Part shown: positions 1 to 14,560 of the stretch, piece by piece | Position numbering within the stretch: position 1 is the first letter of the stretch | How the letters are laid out: each line of letters opens with the position of its first letter | DNA from: Felis catus | Taxonomy: Eukaryota | Direction: 5' to 3' | Length of the DNA: 64,000 bases | Assembly (NCBI RefSeq): GCF_018350175.1 | Contig: NC_058378.1 | Location: 45,074,001 to 45,138,000, forward strand | The notes under the pieces: model-generated | The model's database searches: none | The model's input: only the letters and a program-made list of their open reading frames with translations | What the model was told of the DNA's origin: nothing | Translations under genes and position numbers: made by a program

Positions 1-210
1 CTGCAGGGCTAAGCTCATTTTGAACATTAGCCTTCCTGCAACTGTTTGTAGATGCTTCGTAGTCCTTTTATTCACCTTCAGTTAATATACTCTCCAATCC
101 CTCCTTCATGTCAATGTTCTCGATCTGGGGTTATTTCAGAGTCATTTGTGTAACTCCTAACATCTCTTTCTTTTCTTTCTCTTTATGGTCATTTAAAAGT
201 AAAACTGTTT

Positions 211-432
211 GGGGGCATGTGGGTGGCCCAGTCAGTTGAGTGTCTGACTTCAGCTCAGGTCATGATCTCGTGTTTGTGGGTTCAAGCCCTGCGTTGGGCT
301 CTGTGCAAGACAGCTCAGAGCCTGGAGTCTGCTTCAGATTCTGTGTCTCCTCTGTCTGCCCCTCCCTCCCCTGGTCACCCTCTGTCTCTGTCTCTCAAAA
401 AATAAAACATTAAAAAAATAACTTTTTTTTTT
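211..432 (+). mobile_element. Can-SINE (feliform SINEC type)
   Basis: tRNA-like head gggtggcccagtcagttgag, CT-rich linker, A tail, TSD-like aagtaaaact. Confidence 0.9.
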
Positions 433-1507
433 AAGTAAAACTTTTTTAACATTAAAAATTTAGTTAAAATGGAAAACTTGTGCTTTTGGAAGTTTCCCAG
501 TACTCTCAACCCATCTTTTCTGGTAGGATCAAGTCGTGGACTCCTATTCATTCACCTTTTTAAAGTAATACTTGATTATACTGAGGTTTTTCTGTTTTGG
601 CCATCTGATACTTAAGAATAACATGGTCAGTTTCTGCTTATGTTCCTGCTACTTTTATAATGACAAGCAATTCCTTTCTGTTGCTATTTTGGTCCAGAAT
701 GGCAGTTTTCCCAGGCAGTGCTGAAATGTCAGCATTCAAGTTAATAACTTGTCAAGTACTGTACCAATCACGTAAAACTTCACACATAATTGTTGATGTC
801 TGCTCTCTTGACTGAAGTCTTGTTCTGTGCTCATTTTCTGATCTGTCAGGGACACATCTCCTCTCTGGTCGGTGGTCTCTAAGAAACTCTCAGGAGTATG
901 GTTTCTGCATTTTGCCTTTGTCCTCACCACATCTGCTTTAACTTGCTTCTGCATTGGGTTCCTTAGTCTCAACATAGTTGTTCTGTGCAGACTCTGCAGT
1001 ATCTTCTACCTCCTCGACTATTTTTCCTCACGTCTCCTTTCTTTAGACTACAACGCCCTCCACTTAAGTCGTCTTGGTGCTGCTGTGAGATCCTGTGCAC
1101 CCTACTAGTTCATCACTGCAATAAAGTGTATTACCCATGTTTTTTAGGAAAAGATCTCATGACTTCGATTTTTACTACTACAAACAGGTGAATAGTAATA
1201 CATTAAGATATGCCAAAGTTTTGGTGAAAAATACTTGTGAACTTTTGTTTATAATTTAGTTATAGTCCAGTGTTCCAACACATCATCCACATACATATGT
1301 TCTTAAGAAATACCATTTTACAATCCTTACAACACTATTTCAACACACATAATTTTTTGATAATCTTTTCTTAACACATAAAACTTGCAGGTCCTTTTCA
1401 CTCAACAGAGCTAGAAATTGTGTTCATGAATATTAAAAAAAAAAAAACCCTCATTCTCACCTGAAAATATCAAGCCATTTTTAATTTTGTCCTTACTCTT
1501 CCTCTAG

Positions 1508-1615
<108 letters not shown>

Positions 1616-1681
1616 TAGAAGAGGGTGATTGTGATTTTCAGTAAAATATTTTCTGATTTTGACAGTAAGCAAGCTTTCTAG

Positions 1682-1867
<186 letters not shown>

Positions 1868-2476
1868 TAAGATCATTATTTTTATATAAAATATGTTGTT
1901 GAATATTAGATGTAAGTAGTTCTTTAAAAGGCAATGGGCATAAGTTATTGACCACTGAATGCAGTTCAAACACCATTAACTTGTATTCTCTGGGTCTGTC
2001 TTCTTTAACTAACCAGATTATATTTTTCTTAAGGAAAAAGAGGACCTTACTATTAATCAGTTAATTGAACCCAACTTTATACTTCTTGTTCATGAGTACT
2101 TAGGATTTTTCTTATTTATGGAATATTGAACTTTTTGTATCTGAATGTTTAAAATCTGTCCCAAGAAGACAACTGCATTATCGTTCTTTAGTTACTTGGG
2201 GCTTCAGAATTGTTTGTGGTTAGTCATGATTTCAGAAGACAGATGCCAAAAGAGAAGAGGAATAAGAGGAGGGGATAAACTTCAATAATAAAGCATTATC
2301 TTATTGGCATATGAATAGACTGAGAGATCAGTGGAACAGGTTCCTAGACCCATAAATAGACCCCAGTATATAAGTAAATTTAGTATATGGTAAAGGTAAC
2401 ATTCCAGATCACTGGGGAAAACATGGATTATTTGACAAATGGATTTAGTAGTAGGTGGCTATATAGAAAAACATGA

Positions 2477-2614
2477 GGGGTGTATAGTTAGCTCGTTTAG
2501 TTGAGAGTTGGTTGACTCTTGATTTTGGCTCAGGTCATGATCTCACAGTTGTGGGATCGAGCCCCACATCAGGCTCCATGCTGGGTGTGTAGCCTGCTTA
2601 ATTTTCTTTCTCTG

Positions 2615-2648
<34 letters not shown>

Positions 2649-2682
2649 CCCTTCTCTCCCTCCACCCCCTCTTTAAAAAAAA
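2477..2682 (+). mobile_element. Can-SINE
   Basis: ggctcaggtcatgatctc core, (CT)n, A tail, TSD agaaaaa(c/g)atga. Confidence 0.88.
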
Positions 2683-2699
2683 AGAAAAAGATGAAGTTC

Positions 2700-3230
2700 A
2701 GTCAGTAACCTACATCGTAATAAGTTTTACCCATCTTGGATCTAAATACGTAACATTAACTGATTAAAGCACTGGAACAGACCATAGAAGAATTTAAAAA
2801 AATAATCTCAGTGTGGAAGACCTGTGACTGACATAAAACCAAGAAGCAAAGAAAAACACCCCATACACAGAAAATAAAACCTTAAAAAAGAAAAACTTGC
2901 GTCAAGTACATAAAAATAAAACTTTACTATGTGGCAGAAACCACCATAAACAGAAGACAAAGAGTGAAAAATATTGGTATCTCATATTACAAAGAGCTGA
3001 TTTCTCAAATATAGAGAGCTTTTATAAATCAAAAACAAAAAACTTAGCAGTTCAATGGGAAAACATTCCCCCCAAACTGAACTCACATTTATCTAAAAGG
3101 AAATACTTACAGCTCTGAAAAGAAAAATAAAAAGATGACTCAAGAATATTCACAATATGAAAAATAGAAATTAAAATCATACTGAGATACTGTTTTCCAC
3201 CTATAATACTGGCAGAAATTCTTAGATAAA
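2700..3230 (+). mobile_element. Old L1 3' fragment (limits approximate)
   Basis: A-rich decayed L1-like text (e.g. aaatagaaattaaaatcatactgagatactgttttccacct). Confidence 0.55.
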
Positions 3231-3589
3231 GAGACAGATTGAGCATCTCCCTTTTGCTGCCTCCAGTGAAAAAGCAATAGTTTTTACCTTCTTTGTCCAG
3301 CTAGGACAAGGAGAATGGGATACCAGATAACAGCAAAAAACAACAACAACAACAACAAAACCTTTGGAACTTGGGAAACTTTTGGATGAGTAGTAAGTGA
3401 CTTTGCGGACCTACAAAATCAGACTCCTAGGCTAGAATTTGAGAAAGTAAAGGTGCAACCAGTTTATACTATAGAATTCCCCAAGAAGCTCGAAAATTGG
3501 CAGCACCAGTTACCTCTGGGAGTAAAGCTGAGAGTGGCAGTAAAACCAAGAGGATTGCTTGAAAGTCTATTTTTAGAAAGTCAGATGCT

Positions 3590-4095
3590 GTGTTATGCAA
3601 TACTGCATTAGGAAATCACTCCCAAACATAGTGGCTTAAAACAGCAATTATTATCTCTCACTGTGGGTCAGAAATTCAGGAGTGACTGACTGCACGTCAG
3701 AATCTTTGATACGGTCCAGTCAGATGTCAGCAGGAGCTGTGCTCACCTAAAGGCTTGACTAGAGCTGGTAGATCACTTTCCAAGGTAGCTCACTTCTGAT
3801 GCTCACAGGTTGACAGGGGAGCTTAGTTTCTCTGATGTGAGCCTCTTAACAGAGCTGTATGAGTATCCTTGCAGCATGAAGACTGGCTTCTTCCTCCTAG
3901 GGTGAGTGATTCAAGAGATCAAGGTGGAAGCTGCAATGCTGTTTACGATCTAGACTCCAAAGTTACACCATCACTTCTGCCACATTGTGTTGGTCACACA
4001 GGTCAGCCCTAAAACATTATGGAAGGGAAACAGGGACTTACATACCGGGAGGTGAGAATGTTGTGGTCCATCTTGGATGACAAGTCCCACAGATG
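3590..4095 (-). mobile_element. MaLR (MLT1-type) solo LTR (limits approximate)
   Basis: Typical MLT1 text: aacatagtggcttaaaacagcaattattatctctca...gggtcagaaattcagg...cacttctgccacatt. Confidence 0.65.
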
Positions 4096-4179
4096 TTGAG
4101 ACCCCTACTCTTGTTCAGAACAGTCACCCCTACTATCTCCCTGACAGAAAGCTAGAAGTTTCTCTGTAAAGAACAAAGA

Positions 4180-4404
4180 GGGGCGCCTGGGTGGCTCAGT
4201 CGGTTAAGCGTCTGACTTCAGCTCAGGTCATGATCTCGAGGTTCCTGAGTTCAAGCCCTGCATCGGGCCCTGTTCTGACAGCTCAGAGCCTGGAGCCTGC
4301 TTTGGATCCTGTGTCTCCCTCTCTCTCTGTCCGTCCCCCACTCATGCTCTGTCTATCTTTGTCTCTCAAAAATAAATAAAAATCTTTAAAAAAAAAAAAA
4401 AAAA
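4180..4404 (+). mobile_element. Can-SINE
   Basis: ggggcgcctgggtggctcagtcggttaagcg head, long A tail, perfect TSD aaagaacaaaga. Confidence 0.95.
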
Positions 4405-5214
4405 GAACAAAGATAAGATTCTTAGTTGTGGCATCCCATTATTGAGGGTGAGATATTATAGTGAAAACATGGAGGTAAAGTGAACATTTATATACTTATT
4501 GGTGGGCCCCTCAACCCTCCCAGAACTCTGTTAGGCAGACTTATTCAAACAGGAAATAGGAAAAATCTTCTTGGCGAAATCCATCCAGCCCAAGAGAAAA
4601 AAACCTAAATATACTCACCTCCATGGGCCCAGTGAAATGGTCCAGGCAGTTATCTCACAGTGAAGTCTGTAATCAGTAAGCTCCACTCATGTATCAGTAG
4701 TTGCCAATGAGGCAGTGAGGGCACTAATCCCTGAAAAACAGGAGACAAATGAAGTAAGCCTTATGATTGCCCACCAAACTGCCTGGAGAGAGTTTCTAGC
4801 TATAGGACATAGGAGGAACCCAGGTGTAGCCCATCAGGCTCTGGCTCAAGGAGATGTAGCTGAGTCTGGGGTATGAATAACAGAGTACTAAAGAGGAGAG
4901 AACTTCACAGGGAAAGAACTCTGGACATCTGCAGAAGGTTCTTATCAAATATTCAGCTGAATCTTTATCAGCATGTACAAGTGAGGAAACTGCCCAAGAC
5001 TGGGTAAGAATGCCTGAAAAGATCGAAGGAAACAGTGTTCAGTGCTCACACAAGTCTGGGAATAGTGTCTGTTTCCATCACCTGGGAGACTTGAAAACCT
5101 CATAATCCCCAGGGCTTTGGTTAGAGTACTCAGAAGGGTCTTGCTTCAGTATTGGGGAATAATTAGCTCTAAACTAAACATGACATCCTAGAGCAAAGTT
5201 CAAGGATATTTAGA

Positions 5215-5425
5215 GGGGCGCCTGGGTAGTTCAGTCAGTTGACTGACTGACTCTTCTGACTCTTGATTTTGGTTCAGGTCATGATCCCAGGGTCATTGGA
5301 TCAAGGCCAGCGTTGGGGTCCTTGTTGAGTGTGGAGCCTGCTTGAGATTCTGTCTCAGTCTTCCTCTGTCTCTCTTCCCCGTTCATGCTGTCTCTCTCTT
5401 TCTTTAAAATAATAAATAATAAATA
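5215..5425 (+). mobile_element. Can-SINE
   Basis: ggggcgcctgggtag head, TSD aag(g/a)atatttaga. Confidence 0.9.
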
Positions 5426-5835
5426 AGAATATTTAGAAGAATATAAAAACACCCAGCACCAACAAGGTAAAATTCACAGTATCTGCCATCTAGTCAACAA
5501 TTACCAGGTATACAACTAATACAACCAGTAATGAGGAATCAAAACACCAACCGAAAACTGATGGAAGTTTTAGAATTAGTGGATAGAGGCATTAAAATAG
5601 TTATTATAACTGTATTTTATACGTTCAAAAAGTGAAATAGAGACTTGGAAGATCTAAAAGAGACCCATATCAGACTTTAGAAAATGAAATCTATAATACC
5701 TGAGATGAAATATACACTGGATGAGATTAATGACAGATTAGATACTGTAGAAGAAAATATGAGTAGACATGAAGACACTGCAAGAGAAACTAAACAAACT
5801 AAACCATCAATACATATTTTAAAAATAAATTGATA

Positions 5836-6056
5836 GGACGCCTGGGCAGCTCAGTCGGTTGGGTGTCTGACTCTTGGTTTTGCTTGGGTCATGATCCCAG
5901 GGTCATGGGATTAAGCCCCGCATCAGGCTGAGCTTGGCCTGCTTAAGGTTTTTTCTCTCTCTCTCCCTCTGTCCATCTTCCTCACATGTCCTCTCTCTGT
6001 CTCTAAAATAAAAAAAAAAAAACAAAAAAAAACAAAACTAAAATGAAAAAAAAAAA
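5836..6056 (+). mobile_element. Can-SINE
   Basis: cgcctgggcagctcagtcggtt head, CT tract, A tail. Confidence 0.88.
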
Positions 6057-6101
6057 TGAGCACCAGTGAACTGTGGGACTTCATGCAACCTAATGTATAT
6101 A

Positions 6102-6436
6102 CAGTTGACAGTTGAATAGTGCAGAGGTTTGGGGAACCAACCCCTGTGCAGTCAAAATCTGTGTATAACTGACTCCCCCAAAACTTAACTACTAATAGCC
6201 TACTGTTGACTGGAAGCCTTTTCAATAACATAAACACTTGATTAACACATATTTTTTAGGTTGTGTGTATTATATGTTGTATTCTTAGAGTAAGCTAAAG
6301 AAAAGAAAATGTGTCAAGAAAATCATGAGGAAAAGAAAATACATGTATATGTAGTACTGTGCTGTATTGAAAAAAAAAATCTACACTTAAATGGATCCAT
6401 GCAGTTCAAACCCATGTTTTTTTCAGTGGTCAACTG
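6102..6436. mobile_element. Tigger2a-like non-autonomous DNA transposon (TcMar)
   Basis: Terminal inverted repeats CAGTTGAC...GTCAACTG, TA duplication on both sides, internal aacttaactactaatagcctactgttgac typical of Tigger2. Confidence 0.85.
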
Positions 6437-6801
6437 TATATATAATTGGACTTCCCAAAAGAGGGGAGAGAGCAAATTATTTTTAAAAATAATGACCAAA
6501 TTTTTTTCAAATTTAATTAGAACTGTAAACCCATAGAGCCAAAGAACAAGCAACAAAAAGAAATCTACACCAAGGCACATCATTATCAAATAGCTCAAAA
6601 CCAGTGATAAAGGAAAAAAATCTTAATTGCAGCCAGAGAAAAGGCAGATTAGGTGCAGAGGAAGATGGGTAAGGATGGTAGCCAACTTTTCAGGGGAAAC
6701 AATGTGCATAGAGCAGAATCTTTAAAGTACTCAAGGGGTAAAAAGTCATAAACCTAGAATTCTATATGCAGAGAAAATACTTTCAAAAATGAAGGTAAAC
6801 T

Positions 6802-6962
6802 GGGGTACCTGGGTGGCTCAGTCAGTTAAGCATCTAACTCTTGGTTTCAGCTCCGGTCATGATGTTGAGGTTCATGAGATCGAGCCCTGTGTGGGACTCT
6901 GTGCTGACAGTGCAGAGCCTGCTTGGGATTCTGTCTCTGTCTCTAAATAAATAAACAACAAA
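6802..6962 (+). mobile_element. Can-SINE (short CT linker)
   Basis: ggggtacctgggtggctcagtcagttaag head, TSD aaaaatgaaggt(a/g)aact. Confidence 0.9.
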
Positions 6963-7254
6963 AAAATGAAGGTGAACTAAAGACACACATACAAAAGCTT
7001 GAAAGAATTCATATCCAGCAGATTTGGACCACAAAATATGTTAAAGGATGTTCTTTAAGTAGAAAAAAAATTGCATTTTAACATATATATAGAACTCTAC
7101 TTCACAAGCTCCATTTCTGGATATTATTTTAACAGAGAATATATTATCCTGTAAGACTAATTTGGATGTGATCCTATCTAAAGGAAAGATGGTGTCGACA
7201 ACCTCAACATTTTTCTTAACCCTAGAATTTTATAGTTTTAGAATTTTAATGTAG

Positions 7255-7428
<174 letters not shown>

Positions 7429-8069
7429 TAAAATGTCATACAAACACAAATGGTTTATCGATACAGAATTTGTCCTCATATGATCATACACAGCATATTT
7501 GTTACAGAGTAGGGAACGTTACTAAACACACATTTTTTCCCCTTCTTATTTAGAAAGATAGCTACCGTAATGCAAGGAGAAATCAGTTAAAAACAAGAAG
7601 TATGAAACAAGAAAAATAGAACAAACAGGCAATTAAGATAGAGTCTCAAACAAAATTAGGGGAAAAACGTGATCATGAGGCGCTATATAAGTGCTAGAGT
7701 TAACTCTCAAGTTTTGTTTTTAACAGCCAACTTGTAGAGGAATCAGATATAAATTCTTTGCATCTAAGGTTAAACTCATTGGCTGGGAGAAGTATAACTA
7801 TTTCAAATTAATAAGTACTAGAGATCCAGATATATTTTTAATTTAATTGCATTTGTTTAAATACATTGATCTCTGATTTTTAAATTTATTGAATTCTGTA
7901 ATTGAATTGGAAAGGTAAAACTATCTTCATATGCAGACCACATGATATCTACATAGAAAATCTCAAGGATGGTACCGTAAAGTGAGTTTATCAGGGTTGC
8001 AGAGTATATGGTCACTGTACAGAAATCATTGAATTTAGGTACACTGGCAATGAGTGGTTAGGAATTAAT

Positions 8070-8285
8070 GTTTTATTTTAAAAAATGTATTTTAATGTTT
8101 ATTTTTGAGAGAGAGAGCGTGCAAGCAGGGGAGGGGCAGAGAGAGAGGAAGACACAGAATCCAAAGCCAGCTCCAGGCTCCGAGCGTCAGCCCAGAGCCC
8201 GACACTGGGCTCAAATTGACGAATTGTGAGATCATGACCTGAGCTGAAGTCAGGCACTCAACCAACTGAGCTGCCCTGGCACCCC
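8070..8285 (-). mobile_element. Can-SINE, antisense
   Basis: T tract, gagagagag, gagatcatgacctgagctgaagtc; TSD aggaattaa. Confidence 0.9.
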
Positions 8286-9022
8286 AGGAATTAAAAATTT
8301 TAAAGCAGTATCATTTAAAATAGCTTTAAAAGACATCATATATTTTAGAATAAGCTTAACAAAATGTATATAAGACCTGTGCACTGAAAATTAGAAAACA
8401 TTGCCAAAAAATTAACAAAACCCTAAATAAAGGGAGATGTCTATCCTGTCTGTGAATCAGTAGATGCAGTATTAAAATTTCAATGATCCTAAATTGATTT
8501 ATAGTTTGCATTCAATATGAAATCAGAGCAAACTTTTTAGAAATTGATAAGCTGATTCTAACATTTATATGGAAATGCAAAGGACCTCGTAGAAGAGTCA
8601 AAGCAATTTGGAAAAAGAATAAAGATTCACTACCTGATTTCTGTACTTACTATAAAGCTACAATAATCAGCACAGTGTGATCCTTACATATAAGTATGTA
8701 TATCAGTAGAAGAGAATGGAGAGTATAGAAATGGATACAAATATCACTTGAATTGGGTGCCAGAGTAATTCAGTGGGGAGAAGACAGTCTGTTCAACAAA
8801 CAGTGCAGGGAAGATTGGGCATACATTTGCCAAAAAGTATATCTCAACCCTTATCTCCAAACACAAAATTACTTTGAAATGGTTCATAGACCTAAATGTG
8901 AAAGTTGAAGTATAAAACCCTTCAAAGAAAATGTTTTAGAAAATCATTGTGACCTTGGGTTAAGCAAGGGTTTCTTAGCACACAAAAGGCATGAATCATT
9001 TTTTTAAATGATACATTGGACT

Positions 9023-9230
9023 TTTTTTTTTTTAAGTTTATTTATTTTGAGAGAGACCGAGACAGTGCAAGTGGGGGCGAGGCAGAGAGGGGAGGAGAGG
9101 GAATCCCAAGCAGGCTCTGTGCTGCCAGTGCAGAGCCCAACGTGGGGCTTGAACTCACGAAACCGTGAGATCCTGACCTGAGCCAAAACCAAGAGTTGGA
9201 TGCTTAACCTACTGAGCCACCCAGGTGCCC
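9023..9230 (-). mobile_element. Can-SINE, antisense
   Basis: poly-T then actgagccacccaggtgcccc. Confidence 0.92.
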
Positions 9231-10749
9231 CAGTGAATTGGGCTTTCTCAAAATTTAAAACTTTTCCTATTCAGAAAACACTTAAACAAAGGAAAAAATA
9301 AGTCACAAACTGACAGTGCAGATCTGAAAGAATTTCTATTGCAGAATGTATAAAGAACGTTTATAATTCAGTAATAAGGCTACCCAGTTTTTAAAAATGG
9401 ACAAAATTTTGAACAGATACTTCCCAAAAGAAGATAAAAGAATGGCAAAGAAGCACATGAAAAGGTGCTCAGCAGCATCAGGCAAATGCAAATTAAACAT
9501 TAAAGCAAGACACTGCACATCCACTAGTGTGGCTAAGGCTGAGAACATTAAGTGCTGAAAAGAATATAGATCGGCTAGATACCTCATACATTGCTGATGG
9601 GAATGAAAATATTTCAGCCACTTTGGGAAACAGGTTGACAGTTGACTGAAAAGTTAAGTTTATACTTTCTATACAGTGAAAGTTCTTCCACTAAGTATTT
9701 ACCAAAGAGATATGCAGACAGACGTGCCCACACAAAGACCTGAATGTGAATGTTCACAGGAGCTTTGTTTGTAAGACATAGGGTTGTAAACAGCCCCCAA
9801 ATCCATCAGCTGGTAAATGAATAAACAAATCATAGTATATTCATACAGTGGAATACCACTCTTCCATAAAAAGAAACTAGTGATACAGGCAGCAACAATA
9901 CAGATGAATTTCAAAGTGTTTTATGCTAAGTGAAAAAAGCCAGACAAAAGACTACATATTGTGTGTTTTCATTTATGTGATATTCTAGAAAAGGCAAAAC
10001 TGTAGGGAAAGAAAACAGATCAGTGATACCAGCGCCTGGGGCGGGGGGGGTGGCGGGGGGTTGACTTTAAAGAGCCAGGAGGGAACTTTCTTGGGTCCTG
10101 GGAACGTTCTATATCTTAATTGGGGTGTTGATGGTTGCATTACTGTATACATTGGTCAAAACACAGTCCTCAAAAAGTAGATTTTATTGTATGTAAATTA
10201 TGCCTCAATAATCCTGACTTTCTTTAAAAACTATAAAAGGATTCTGTAATAAATGATACATAAAGTTAAGTCAGTTTAGGTATGCACAAAATCTAGTCCA
10301 TTTTAACTGCATTTCCAACGTGGACCTTAGGGTTCTTATTACTTTAGAATGGCCACTAGTGCTTCTGAAAATGAAAGGTAGCAAGCAGTGTGCATCTTTG
10401 ATTCAATGAAAATTAATGAAAATACTTGTACTTTAGGTATTGCCCTAAACAAATCCCTGTATTCTGTGAGTAGAAGGGAATAGAGTTCAAACAAATACAT
10501 GTATACATAATAATAAAATTATAATTGTGAGAAGCGTAGCAGCTGCGAGGTATACGTGTGCTATGAAGGTGTTCCACAGAGAAATAACACCCTTAAGTGA
10601 ATTCTGAAAGCTGAAATAAGAGAAATAAGAGGGGTGGTAGGTGGATGATTATAGCAGATGATGAGGCTGGAGAGTCAGGTGGGAGCCAGATCACATAGGG
10701 TCTTCCAGACTTGAGTGGAAGATTGGTAACTGTCATTTGGATTTTGCTG

Positions 10750-11105
10750 CATGATAAAGCACCCCGAGCTTAGTGGCTTGAGCAATAAATATTTATTATC
10801 CCTCATGATTCTGTGGGTCTGCTGGACAGTTCCTTCTCTAGAGTTGCCCGGCTGGAGCTGGATGCTCCCAGTCATGGCCAGGGCTTCCCGTGGTATCGTT
10901 CATCAGTCACAGAGTTCCCCAGCTCAGCAAGAAAGGGCGAGCCCCAGAGCACAGACACTTTTCAGGTCTCCACTTGTATCACGTTGTTCTGTTGCCAAGA
11001 GCAAGTCACATGGCCATGCCCAGAGTCTGTGAAGGAGACTACCCAAGGGGGTGTGGACTAGGAGTAGAATTATTTTGACCATTTTTGCAAACGGTCTGCC
11101 ACATT
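10750..11105 (-). mobile_element. MaLR (MLT1-type) LTR fragment (limits approximate)
   Basis: cttagtggcttgagcaataaatatttattatccctcatgattctgtgggt...gcaagtcacatggcc. Confidence 0.6.
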
Positions 11106-11256
11106 GACCAATCCGTTAGTGTGTGATTTCACAAAATATGTTGTCATTGTTTCATCTACTTTTAAATATGTTATAAATTCTAACAGGGCTATTGACTGGT
11201 CGTACATCCCATCCTTTTTGTTGGGATGGGCCATCAGACCACTTTCTCAGTCTTAG

Positions 11257-11559
<303 letters not shown>

Positions 11560-12014
11560 TAGAACCCTGCCACATGGGCTTTGAAAACATACATGAATTC
11601 GCTTATGTGTGTTTGGCTGAAGGAGACCCAGGAGAATACAACAGTTTAAATACAAAACAATCCTGAATGCCCACCAACCACTTTATTTACTGTCCAACTA
11701 AGAAAACAAGAGTGAGTTTCAAATTGGAAGTAGTGTTAGTTTATTGGACTTACTCATACAGTAACAAAACCCAAGTTTTTGAAAGGTAATTTAAGCAGTT
11801 TTCTAGTATAACTTTAACTATATGTACCTTTTTGCCTTTTGTAAATTAAACTACCCCCCACCTTCATTTACAAAGTAGAAAAATAATTTAGGTATGATCT
11901 GATCAGTAGGGTACATAGACTCCTTTAGCTTTCCTGACTTTTCAGCTACTATTTCCCTACCCTTTAATTTCGAGAGTGCATAGCGCATTGCCACAAGTAT
12001 TCCAGACACTTAAC

Positions 12015-12455
12015 TATTAGTTTCCTAGTGCTGTCATAACAAATTACCACAAACTGGGTGGCTTAAAACAACAGAAATTTATTTCCCAGAGTTAGAAGCC
12101 AGAAGTTTAAAGCGAGGGTGTCAGCAGAGCCATGTTCTTTGAAGGCTCCGGGAGAGGCCCCTTCCTTGTCTCTTCCCAGCTTCTGGTGATTGCCAGCAAT
12201 TTTTGGCATTTCTTGGCTTGGAGACCACACTCTTGCTGTTTGTTGTCATACGGCCTTCTCCCCTGTGTGTCTCTGTCCAAATTTCCCTCCTCTTGTAAGG
12301 ATGCTGGTCATTAAGTTAGGGTGCATCCTCATGTCATATGACCGCGTCTGAATTTGATTACAGCTACAAAGATCGTATTCCAAATAAGGTCACATTTACA
12401 GGTACCAAGTGGACATGAGTTGAAATGGGGAGGGCAATGCTGTTCAACCCAGCAC
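12015..12455 (-). mobile_element. MaLR (MLT1-type) solo LTR (limits approximate)
   Basis: aacaaattaccacaaactgggtggcttaaaacaacagaaatttatt...ttccaaataaggtcacatt. Confidence 0.75.
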
Positions 12456-12997
12456 TCACTGACCTTTTTCTGAAGGGAAAGAGGACAAGAAAAAGAAGGA
12501 AAGGAGCCTAGTATCATGGACCTGCTTGTCAGTGAGCCAGACGGAAAGGCAGATGCGATGAGGCTTGATGGACAATTGGGAGTTGGTTTAATTAGGAGCA
12601 GACTCTTAGTTGAACATTTTAACTTTATTATTGTAATGTGTCCACTTTTCAATTTCAGAGCTTTTCCACATTCCTTCTTCTTGTAGTTCTTCATGCTTAG
12701 AGAATCATATATATGGATAACATCCCCCCAGGTTATTTTCTGATATGTGATCTTTTTCTTAGTGATATAATTGTCGTTTTCATGATTATCATTAAGATTA
12801 TTTTAAAAGTATTACAGAATTGTAGAGGTGTGTGTATAAATGGCAGGAAAAAATTGGTAACACATTCAAGAGATTTTGTTAGGCAAATGAAATTTTTATC
12901 TGTACATGATGCCTAGGTTATTCTCTGTATCCTGAATGAACATTCATTATTCTTCCTACACACCTCCGATAACTAACCTTTTAAACTCATCAATTGA

Positions 12998-13300
<303 letters not shown>

Positions 13301-13558
13301 TAAGTGGTTCTTTGCCTGCTGCTTTGAAGTCATTTTAATCTCCAAAAGATATTTGCCTGTTTGGATTCAGGATAGTGGAGTTCCAAACACGTATTTGTAC
13401 TTACTTCTCTAAAGAAATAGTGGGGATTTTTTGGTCTTGGTGTTTTGTTTTTCTGTTGTTTTTTTACAAAAATTGCATCCTACCGTACATAATTCTTGAT
13501 TTCCTGCTTTTTATTGTTTTAGACATCATTCTATTTCAGTTTGTGTAGCTCTGCTTCA

Positions 13559-13768
13559 TTTTTTTTAAGTTTATTTATTTATTTTGAGAGAGGGCATGCA
13601 CACACTTGTGGAGGAAGGGCAGGGGGCTGGAGAGAGAATTCAAAGCAGGCTCCACATGGTCAGCGTGGAACCAGTGTGGGACTCTAACTCATGAACTGTG
13701 AGATCATGACCTGAGCTGAAACCAAGAGTTGGATGCTTAACCAACTGAACCGTCCAGGCAGGCACCCC
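13559..13768 (-). mobile_element. Can-SINE, antisense
   Basis: gagatcatgacctgagctgaaaccaagag; TSD ctgcttcatt. Confidence 0.9.
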
Positions 13769-14380
13769 TGCTTCATTCTTTTTCACAGTGCTGATACAAA
13801 GTTTTCTGTTATATAGATGTAGTATAGTTTATTTCATCTATGACCTAACTGATGGGCATCAAAGTTGTCTGTATTTTATTATTTTTTAAAAAATACTTTA
13901 ATAAACATTGTATTTTACCCATTTATAATATCCTCGAACGCTTGTACAAGTATTTGTTTGTGGTGGATTCCTGGAGAGGAGGCTAAACAAAGAGTAGGTG
14001 CCTATCAAAGGATAGTGTGATTGCAGGCTGCCCCTTCAGGGGCCATGCATTGCTTTACACTCCCACAACAGTATACCGTTCTCCATCACCATTTGAAATT
14101 GTCAGTAATTTTTAAATAGAATTACCAACTTTTAGGAAACCATTGAAACTATTTTCATATTGTTATAACTCTAGGAAACAGCAGGCAATTTACATTTCAG
14201 AATTCCTTTCAGGTTATAAAATAAAAGTACTCCATCTGTCCGTCTGTAATAAATTAATATTAAAATTGAAATCTTCTTCCCTAGTGGTTACAGTCTTCTG
14301 ATCCTGTTGTTGTTCTTTGCCATTGTAGTGTTCATTGGCTCAACTATTCATCAGGTGCTGTTTAAGAAAACCTAAAATAA

Positions 14381-14560
14381 GGGCTCATGGGTGGCTCAGT
14401 CCGGTTAAGCGTCCAACTTTGGCTCAGGTCATGATCTCATGGTTTGTGAGTTTGAGCCCCGCATCGGGCTCTGTGCCGACAGCTCGGAGCCTGGAGCTTG
14501 CTTCGGATTCTGTCTCTCAAAAATAAGTAAATGTAAAAAAATATATAAAAAGAAAAAAAG
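14381..14560 (+). mobile_element. Can-SINE lacking most of the CT linker
   Basis: gggtggctcagtccggttaagcgtcc head; perfect TSD aagaaaacctaaaata. Confidence 0.92.

Larger units (their letters stand above)
4420..7070 (+). mobile_element. Decayed L1 5'/ORF1 region interrupted by three SINEs and a Tigger (limits approximate)
   Basis: ORF1-like text (gagattaatgacagattagatactgtagaagaa; aacctagaattctatatgcagagaaaatactttcaaaaatgaagg). Confidence 0.6.
7910..10220 (+). mobile_element. Decayed L1 ORF2 3' part and 3'UTR, interrupted by two SINEs (limits approximate)
   Basis: gaaattgataagctgattctaacatttatatggaaatgcaaaggacc; atacattgctgatgggaatg; gtatgtaaattatgcctcaataa end. Confidence 0.75.

Noticed and set aside
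736-1191. Short overlapping ORFs as a possible processed pseudogene
   Set aside because: No recognisable protein similarity, poly(A) tail or TSD; more likely decayed repeat or neutral intron
4180-4260. tRNA-like A/B-box sequences at SINE heads
   Set aside because: tRNA-derived SINE heads followed by CT linker, A tail and TSD; not tRNA genes
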